From an uncultured Gemmatimonadales bacterium (GTDB lineage Bacteria > Gemmatimonadota > Gemmatimonadetes > Longimicrobiales > RSA9), in contig CAVUKA010000003.1 in the NCBI GenBank assembly GCA_963741945.1, positions 32,001 through 96,000 of the forward strand: a stretch of DNA of 64,000 bases, in the 5' to 3' direction. This document shows, in pieces, positions 31,638 to 38,244 of this stretch; the stretch's first letter is position 1, and each line of letters begins with the position of its first letter. The notes below the pieces were generated by a model, which searched no databases, was not told the DNA's origin, and was given only the letters and a program-made list of their open reading frames with translations. Made by a program: the position numbers and the translations under genes.

Positions 31638-32294
31638 TCAGCTGGACGGGTGGAGCGGCGGGTCGGACCAGACGGTGTCCACCTGGACGGCCGTCGCCTG
31701 CGAGCTCTGGATGTAGGTCTTGAAGCGGCCGATGTCGGACTGGCCGACCTTCAGGGTGTCACCCGCTTCGGAGTGGTAGTAGGTGTCGCCCGTGGTGGGG
31801 ATCCGGAAGTAGACCTCGTACGCGTTCACCGGCACGGCCCCGGTGTTCTCCACCCGGTACTCCGCCTCCACGAACGTGGAGTCCCCCTCTTCCGAGTGCG
31901 CGTTCCAGAAGCTGGTGACCGTCACGTCCAGCGCCGCGGTGGTCTCGGTGGAGTCCTCCGCCTGGAGGTAGATCGACGCTTCCGCGCTTTGCTCCGCCCG
32001 CACCGCCACCGATACGGTGTTGGCCGTGTAGCCGGCCTTCCTCGCCGCCACCTGGTAGGTCCCCGTCTCCAGGTCCTGGATCGTGAAGTTCCCCTGGGCG
32101 TCGGTGACCAGCGCCTCGGAGGCCGGCGTGGTCGTGATGCTGGCGCCGGCGATGGCCGCGCCCGTCTCGTAGTCCAGGACGCGCCCCTCAATGTCGCCGT
32201 AGGCGGAAGGGTCGAGGGTGGCCTCCTTGCAGCCGAACGCGCCGGCCAGGAGGAGCAGGGCGGCCGCGCCCGCCGAACGGTGTATGCGTGTCAC
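31638..32294 (-). CDS. Lipoprotein with carboxypeptidase-regulatory-like and Ig-like domains (last gene of the curli cluster)
   Basis: Lipobox AFG-C; GDIEGRVLDYETGAAIAGASI...TDAQGNFTIQDLETGTYQVAARKAGY. Confidence 0.8.
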   Translation of the reverse strand: MTRIHRSAGAAALLLLAGAFGCKEATLDPSAYGDIEGRVLDYETGAAIAGASITTTPASEALVTDAQGNFTIQDLETGTYQVAARKAGYTANTVSVAVRAEQSAEASIYLQAEDSTETTAALDVTVTSFWNAHSEEGDSTFVEAEYRVENTGAVPVNAYEVYFRIPTTGDTYYHSEAGDTLKVGQSDIGRFKTYIQSSQATAVQVDTVWSDPPLHPSS

Positions 32295-32331
32295 TGTGGT
32301 GCTTCTTCCGGTGTGTCGTTGCGTTGCGTGG

Positions 32332-32964
32332 TCAGTTGCCGATCGGGACCACGATCGGGTTGTTCTCGACCCGGACCTCCATGCCGTCCCCGTGCTGCTG
32401 GATCCCCACCAGCGGCCCGGTGCCGGTCTGGATCGCCAGGTTGTTGCTGCCGTCCTGCACGATGCCGTTGGCGCCCGTCAGGTCCAGCCCGTTCCCGTGG
32501 TACTCCAGGTAGTACTGGTTCCCGTCGCCCAGCTGCTGGACGTCGAGCGCGTTGGACGACCCGTAGAGCCACGCGCCCAGGCGATTGTCGCTCCCGGTCT
32601 GAAGCGCCAGGATCTGGTTGAACGACCCCTCCTGGTAGAGCACGCCAATGTTGCGCTGCCCGGTCTGGGTCAGCGACGCGGCGTTGAAGTCCCCGATCTG
32701 CTGGACCACGGCCGTGTTGCCGTCCCCCGTCCTGGCGACGTCGCCCGCCATGAGCGCGGCCGGCGTGACGATCGGGCCCGAGACGTTGGCCAGGTCGAGG
32801 AGCGAGAGGATCTGCACGTTCTGCGACGCCGGGAGCTGCTGGCCCGTGGCCTGCACCACCAGCGCCTCCGTCGCGCCCGTGGTGCCCTGTCCCGACAGCC
32901 CGCCCGCCGCCACTGCGGCGAGCGCGGCGGCCGTCACGACGATCTTCCGCCTCCGTGCAACCAT
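32332..32964 (-). CDS. csgB: Minor curlin (CsgB-like)
   Basis: Signal peptide then N-x5-Q-x-G-x2 repeats (NTAVVQQIGDF, NAASLTQTGQR, NIGVLYQEGSF, NALDVQQLGDG); follows csgG; alternative start 32994. The B versus A assignment rests on position. Confidence 0.7.
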   Translation of the reverse strand: MVARRRKIVVTAAALAAVAAGGLSGQGTTGATEALVVQATGQQLPASQNVQILSLLDLANVSGPIVTPAALMAGDVARTGDGNTAVVQQIGDFNAASLTQTGQRNIGVLYQEGSFNQILALQTGSDNRLGAWLYGSSNALDVQQLGDGNQYYLEYHGNGLDLTGANGIVQDGSNNLAIQTGTGPLVGIQQHGDGMEVRVENNPIVVPIGN

Positions 32965-32993
32965 CACCACCTCCACTCGTGAGCGTCGGAGCA

Positions 32994-34385
32994 TCAGTAG
33001 AAAGTCAGCCCGAGCGTCAGGTTCCACACCGAGTCGTTGCCGTGCCCGGTCTTCACTCCGTCGATACCGTCCATGAGCGCGTACTGGTTGAACAGCCCCA
33101 GGCTCACGCCCACCGACGGCGACAGCAGGCGCTCGATCCCGCCCCCGAGCGTCGCCACCGGGAACAGCTGCTCGCCGAAGTCGCCCAGCTGCGATTCCAC
33201 GTTCGGCTTCAGCACCCCGGCCCCCACCCGCAGGAAGGGCGAGGTCGTGGCGTGCGGGAGGAGGAAATACGTGGCGTCCAGCCCGACGGACACGGCCGTC
33301 CACTGGAAGCCACCCTCCACGCCGATGTCGCCGCCGTACGCGCTCAGGCCGAGGCCCCAGCGGGACGTCGGCATCCAGCGAAGCGACAGCCCGCCCGCCG
33401 GGCGGACCAGCGCGTTCCTGTAGTTCCCCTGGTACTGCCTCGCCCCGCCTTCCACCGAGAGCGAGAAGCCGCTCCGGTCACGGTCGTTCCGAAGCCCGTA
33501 CGGTCCGATCCCGGCCGCCGCGACCTTCGACCGCTCGTACCCGGCGAACGCCGGCCCGTGAATCTCAGCCGGGTCCTCCAGCGCCCACAGGCCCTCCTTC
33601 ACCCCTTCGATCACCAGCTCCTTCACCGCCTCCTGGATCGCTTCCGTGACCGCGACCACCGGCGGCTCGTTGTACGAGTACCCGACTTCCGACTCCAGCA
33701 GCCGGTCCACGTCCACGAAGCGGAAGATCCCAGCGTCCACCTGCTGCGACGCGATGGTCTTGCTGGTGGTCACCGTCCTGAGGACGCGACCGGTCTGGGT
33801 CGAGACCGCCCGCAGGTAGACCGTCACCTGGTCCTGGCGGAACTTCCCCGAGCCGCCCGCCCCGAAGTAGCGGACGCCCACGCCGCCCGTGAGCAGGTTC
33901 GTGTCGTACCCGACGATCCCGCCTTCGAGGATGATCCCGGCGTAGAGAAGGGGCGGGAGCGGCCCCAGCTTCTGCCCTTCAGGCCCTTCGTACTGCGCCC
34001 GGATCGACTGGATGATCTGCCGCTCGTTCAGCAGGTTCGACAGCCCCTCCCGCTCGATCGGCACGAACCACCCCGACTCCTCCAGCGCCTTGATCAGGAT
34101 GGACGTGGCCCCCTGCGTCACCGCCGTGGACCACGACGCCATGTTCTCCGCCGCCTTGTACTGCCCCGTCTCGTCACGGAACCGGTACACCGCCGCCACC
34201 ACCTGCTCCTTCGGCGCCGGGAGGCTGCGGAGCTCCTCGGTGATGCGCGTGGGCGAGGCGGGGATCGGCCGCGCCGTCTCCAGCGGGGCCGCGTAGTTGG
34301 CACAGGCGGCGGCGACGAGGCCGAACCAGGCGAGGACGGCCCTATTCAACATCTTACCACAAGCTCGCGTCGGATCGTATCGCAT
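32994..34385 (-). CDS. csgG: Curli secretion channel CsgG with C-terminal beta-barrel extension
   Basis: Lipobox AAA-C; VAAVYRFRDETGQYK, STAVTQGA, WFVPIEREGLSNLLNERQIIQ, EGGIVGYDTN, EPPVVAVTEAI; start is 34385 or 34352. Confidence 0.93.
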   Translation of the reverse strand: MRYDPTRACGKMLNRAVLAWFGLVAAACANYAAPLETARPIPASPTRITEELRSLPAPKEQVVAAVYRFRDETGQYKAAENMASWSTAVTQGATSILIKALEESGWFVPIEREGLSNLLNERQIIQSIRAQYEGPEGQKLGPLPPLLYAGIILEGGIVGYDTNLLTGGVGVRYFGAGGSGKFRQDQVTVYLRAVSTQTGRVLRTVTTSKTIASQQVDAGIFRFVDVDRLLESEVGYSYNEPPVVAVTEAIQEAVKELVIEGVKEGLWALEDPAEIHGPAFAGYERSKVAAAGIGPYGLRNDRDRSGFSLSVEGGARQYQGNYRNALVRPAGGLSLRWMPTSRWGLGLSAYGGDIGVEGGFQWTAVSVGLDATYFLLPHATTSPFLRVGAGVLKPNVESQLGDFGEQLFPVATLGGGIERLLSPSVGVSLGLFNQYALMDGIDGVKTGHGNDSVWNLTLGLTFY

Positions 34386-34398
34386 GCTGCCAGACTTC

Positions 34399-34833
34399 CT
34401 AGTATTGCGGGATGGTGACCGACGTCTGCTCGCCCGTGAGATTATTCGTGACCAGGACCTGTACGCCACCAAGACCGGGAACGATTTCGATGGTGAAGTC
34501 TCCGAGCTCATATCGACCAGGCTGCGTCAGGTCCAGATTCTCACCGAACCTGTCCATGATCAGTTCCCTGGACAGTGCAGATAGGATCTGCCGCTGCAAT
34601 CCTTGCTGGAAATCCGAGAGCGGATCCCTATTCAAGAAATCAACGTCCGGCGCTCGCTTCTGAGCCTGAGCGTTGCTCAGCAGCCATTGGCCATTCAAGG
34701 GATTTCCGCCGAACGCTGGATTGACGGGATGATAGACGAGTTGCTGGGCGCCGGCTGAATCGGCCAGCACCATGAGTGCGGCCGCGATGACGGCCACACC
34801 GCTCAACGCCCTGGTGACCCTGATACGCTTCAT
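34399..34833 (-). CDS. csgF: Curli assembly protein CsgF
   Basis: Signal peptide then QQLVYHPVNPAFGGNPLNGQWLLSNAQAQ, the conserved CsgF N-terminus. Confidence 0.92.
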   Translation of the reverse strand: MKRIRVTRALSGVAVIAAALMVLADSAGAQQLVYHPVNPAFGGNPLNGQWLLSNAQAQKRAPDVDFLNRDPLSDFQQGLQRQILSALSRELIMDRFGENLDLTQPGRYELGDFTIEIVPGLGGVQVLVTNNLTGEQTSVTIPQY

Positions 34834-34877
34834 TTCTGGTCTCGAATATGAAAGGGACGGGCCGCACCCGTGAACGC

Positions 34878-35480
34878 TCACCTCTGTCCGGAGTCTCCGG
34901 CGGCCGTGCTCATATCCCGCGGCTGGCGACGGATCAATTCTTCCCTCACGTAGGCTGCTGCCTCCTTCCCGAGCATCTCGACGACTTCATACCTTGGCTG
35001 AAGCTGCAGTTGAAAGAGGGCGTCCTCATTGAGAAACACCAAAACGCGACTTCCCAATCCTGGCGACGGCTGCTCCTGGATACGCACTGTGTAATTCGCT
35101 GCTCCATCTGGCGGCTCCCAAGCGCCGTAGAAAATGTCATAGAAATCGCGTCCTACCTTCGTCGCGGTTTCGTCCACGATCAGGCCATCGATCTGCATGT
35201 GTTGCTGAGCCGTGCCGGCGCGCGCTTGTACCTGCTCGGCTTGATGGGAACCCCGTCCTGCCCCGGCAATCGGTCGTACCGACGCCAGGAGATCCCGCGC
35301 CTCGTGGAACGACATTCCGGTGGGCAGCCGCAACAGACCTGAAACAGGGGTATCAGCAGTCAGTTCGTTTGCTGGAAACGCACAGCGTGCATCAGCGGAA
35401 GGCAATGCCGATATCCGCGCAGCCGAATGCGAAACGGCGACAATCAGAAGGCTGCTGACAATCCGCCCCACCTTCACCAT
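34878..35480 (-). CDS. csgE: Curli assembly protein CsgE
   Basis: IDGLIVDETATKVGRDFYDIFYGAW...IQEQPSPGLGSRVLV...LQPR; lies before csgF; start uncertain. Confidence 0.85.
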   Translation of the reverse strand: MVKVGRIVSSLLIVAVSHSAARISALPSADARCAFPANELTADTPVSGLLRLPTGMSFHEARDLLASVRPIAGAGRGSHQAEQVQARAGTAQQHMQIDGLIVDETATKVGRDFYDIFYGAWEPPDGAANYTVRIQEQPSPGLGSRVLVFLNEDALFQLQLQPRYEVVEMLGKEAAAYVREELIRRQPRDMSTAAGDSGQR

Positions 35481-35603
35481 CCACTCTCCAGCCTCAAAGT
35501 CCAACTCCGTGGTAACGTTCTGATGTAGTGCCCGCGAGCGAAAACCTAGAGATCTCGTTTGAACATCTGCACATTCCGCGCACCACTCCCCCTTGAGCGG
35601 AAA

Positions 35604-35633
35604 CTGTGGAGAGTGCTGCAGCACTCTCCACAG
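35604..35633 (-). terminator. Perfect 30-bp palindrome downstream of csgA
   Basis: CTGTGGAGAGTGCTGCAGCACTCTCCACAG is its own reverse complement; TTT follows on the minus strand. Confidence 0.7.
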
Positions 35634-35649
35634 CGGTTCCCTTTGCTGC

Positions 35650-36243
35650 TCAGTTGCTCTGCGTGATGGTGGCCGTGTTGTACGTCCCGGCCTGATCGAT
35701 CACGGCGACGTTCCAATCCGCAACCGCGTTCCAGCCCTGGTGGATCGTGGCGGAGTGGTGACTGCCGTCCTGCAGCACGGTCGCAGCGTTGTGCTGAGCC
35801 CACCCGCCGGTGTTGAAGCCCTGCGCCACGCTGGCGTCGTTGTAATTCCCGGTCTGGGTGATGCCGTAGGTGTTGTAGTACCCATGGCCGCCGTTGGTCC
35901 CCTGACCCGGATCGGCGAAGTTGTAGTTGCCCGTCTGCGTGATCGTAGCCGTGTTGTACCGGGCATCACCGCCGTTGTCGCCATAGCCCTGGCCAAGATA
36001 GGCAACGTTGTACTGGCCAGTCTGCGTGAGCGTGCCCGTATTGCCGATCGCGTAGCCCTGGTCCTGATCAATGATTCCGAGCTTCAGGATCCCCTGGCCA
36101 ATGTACCCGTCGTTGTATGCGCCGTCCTGGGTCATGGTGGCCGTGTTGTGATCGTTCACCTGCTGGATGTAGCCCTCGTTGCTCTGCGCGAACACCGGGG
36201 TGGCACACAGCCCGAAGGCTGCGATAAGAAGGAACTTCCTCAT
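35650..36243 (-). CDS. csgA: Major curlin (CsgA-like amyloid subunit)
   Basis: Signal MRKFLLIAAFGLCATPVFA; repeats NTATMTQDG, NTGTLTQTG, NTATITQTG, NTYGITQTG, NAATVLQDG, NVAVIDQAG; ends NTATITQSN; GAGGAG RBS. Confidence 0.88.
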   Translation of the reverse strand: MRKFLLIAAFGLCATPVFAQSNEGYIQQVNDHNTATMTQDGAYNDGYIGQGILKLGIIDQDQGYAIGNTGTLTQTGQYNVAYLGQGYGDNGGDARYNTATITQTGNYNFADPGQGTNGGHGYYNTYGITQTGNYNDASVAQGFNTGGWAQHNAATVLQDGSHHSATIHQGWNAVADWNVAVIDQAGTYNTATITQSN

Positions 36244-36262
36244 GGTGTGGTGTCTCCTCACG

Positions 36263-36295
36263 AAAAAGTGGGTTGCCGTTTCTCGGCAGTGACCC
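36263..36295 (-). terminator. Leader intrinsic terminator (riboswitch expression platform)
   Basis: GGGT(CAC)TGCCG-AGAAA-CGGCAACCC-AC-TTTTT between the aptamer and the csgA RBS. Confidence 0.65.
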
Positions 36296-36400
36296 TTCTT
36301 CGGCGACCGGACGATCTCGTGTGCACGAGTCTGCAGCCTCGCCATGAGATTCCTGGCTTTGCGGACCGGCTTCGCAGCCGGGGTGCCTTTTTCGGAAGAG
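36296..36400 (-). ncRNA. Cyclic di-GMP-I (GEMM-I)-like riboswitch aptamer
   Basis: CTTCCGAAAAAGGCACC-CCGGCT-GCGA-AGCCGG-TCCGCAAAGCC-AGGAATCTC...GAGATCGTCCGGTCGCCGAAG: GNRA-capped P2, CGCAAAGCC junction, P3 and 3' GCCGAA, matching GEMM-I order by eye. Confidence 0.72.
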
Positions 36401-36642
36401 AGACTTGTTGCGCACTTCCGTGCGCTCGAGTCGGCACGACACCGGAGATCCCGGCCGGTGGCTCGCGCCGTCGGGCCACTCCTACTCCACGTTCCGTTCC
36501 GGCGGTCTACGGAGCGTCAAAGGCGCGTCAAATATGCTGGGAGACAATGCGTTGAGGATCGGTCGGACCGCGGCGGATCACGTCCGGCCGGCACGATTCC
36601 GGGCACCCGGACGCGTTTCGTTACAACGGCCGGCCCGGGCCT

Positions 36643-38025
36643 TCAGTCCCCCATCTCCCCCACGTCAATGTCGTACTTCCGGATCAGGCGGTCGAGGCGG
36701 GGTCGTGAGATCTCGAGGATGCGGGCGGCCTGGCGCTTGTTGCCGCCGGTGCGCTCGAGGGCGGCGAGGAGCTGGCGGCGCTCGGCGTCGTCGAGGGTGG
36801 CGGTGGAGAGGGAGTCCCCGGCCTCGAGGACGCCGCCCCCGCCCCTGCCGATCCCCAGGTGCTCGACGCGCAGCGCGGTGCCCTGGGCGAGGACGGCGGC
36901 GCGGGCGATGGCGTTCTCGAGCTCGCGCACGTTGCCGGGCCAGTCGTGCTCGCGGAGTGCGCGCATGACGTCGGGCGGGATGACCTTCCCGGGGAGCCCG
37001 AGGGAGCGGATGGCGCGGGTGAGGAAGTGGTCGGCGAGGGCCGGGATGTCGCCCGGGCGGTCGCGCAGCGGCGGGACGTGGATCTCGACCACGCGGAGCC
37101 GGTAGTAGAGGTCTTCGCGGAACGAGCCGTCGCGGACCATGGCCTCGACGGGGCGGTGCGTGGCGGCGATGACGCGGGCCAGGGCCTGACGCGGCTGCTC
37201 GCTTCCGACGGGGTAGAACTCCTTCTCCTGGAGGACACGCAGGAGCTTGGCCTGGAAGGAGGGGGCGGTGTCGCCGATCTCGTCGAGGAAAATGGTCCCG
37301 TGCCCCGCCAGCTCGAAGCGCCCCTTCCGGTCCGACACCGCGCCGGTGAACGACCCCCTCACGTGGCCGAACAGCTCGCTCTCCAGCAGCTGGTCGGGAA
37401 CGGAAGTGCAGTTCACGGCGACGAACGGCTCCGCGGCGTGACCGGAATGCTCGTGGATGGCCCGGGCGACGACCTCCTTCCCGGTCCCGGTCTCCCCCCG
37501 GATCAGCACCGGCGCGGCCGTGCCCGCCACCCGGCCGATGGTCTTGTAGATCTCCAGCATGGCCCGCTCGCGGCCGATGATCCTCGGCGACGACGACGCG
37601 TAACGCCCCTTCTCGCCGTCCCCCTCCTCGACCGACTCCCCCGCCGCCTTCTCCCGCGCGCGACGGTCCGCGAAGCAGCGCGTGAGCAGGTCGTCCAGCT
37701 CCTCCGGGTCGAGCGGCTTGGCCAGATAGTCGTACGCGCCGGCGCGGATCGCCTCCACCGCCGTCTCCATCTCGTCCTTCCCCGTCACCACCACCACGTC
37801 CACGCCGGCGTTCGTGGCCTTCAGCCGCGCGAGCAGCTCCAGCCCGCTCAGCCCGGGCATGTACAGGTCCGTGACCACCACGCCGGGGCGGAAGTCAGCC
37901 ACCTCGCCGAACGCCTGCTCCGCGCTGTCCGCCGTCCGGACCGCGTACCCCTCGCGGGCCAGCCAGAACTCGAGCGTGTCCCGCACGTCCGCGTCGTCGT
38001 CCACCACCAGGACCTTCCGCTCCAT
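36643..38025 (-). CDS. Sigma-54-dependent response regulator (REC-AAA+-HTH)
   Basis: [52 protein letters not shown]. Confidence 0.93.
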   Translation of the reverse strand: MERKVLVVDDDADVRDTLEFWLAREGYAVRTADSAEQAFGEVADFRPGVVVTDLYMPGLSGLELLARLKATNAGVDVVVVTGKDEMETAVEAIRAGAYDYLAKPLDPEELDDLLTRCFADRRAREKAAGESVEEGDGEKGRYASSSPRIIGRERAMLEIYKTIGRVAGTAAPVLIRGETGTGKEVVARAIHEHSGHAAEPFVAVNCTSVPDQLLESELFGHVRGSFTGAVSDRKGRFELAGHGTIFLDEIGDTAPSFQAKLLRVLQEKEFYPVGSEQPRQALARVIAATHRPVEAMVRDGSFREDLYYRLRVVEIHVPPLRDRPGDIPALADHFLTRAIRSLGLPGKVIPPDVMRALREHDWPGNVRELENAIARAAVLAQGTALRVEHLGIGRGGGGVLEAGDSLSTATLDDAERRQLLAALERTGGNKRQAARILEISRPRLDRLIRKYDIDVGEMGD

Positions 38026-38244
38026 GGCCACGCCGCCTCCCGCCTCCGGGAAAAGAGTCATCCTTGATGCCTGTCATCTTTCACAACACCCGATACCAGC
38101 TTATCTTGCGTGGCGCAACTTCGCGCGTCCCGCGCTGCGCTCCGGTCGGCCCATCGGCCGACCCCAACCCCCTGGCGCTCCGGGACGTAGTCGGCCCCTG
38201 TCTGCACTCTCCGGCGCCTGGACGCCGGCAGCGCCACGCACCCC

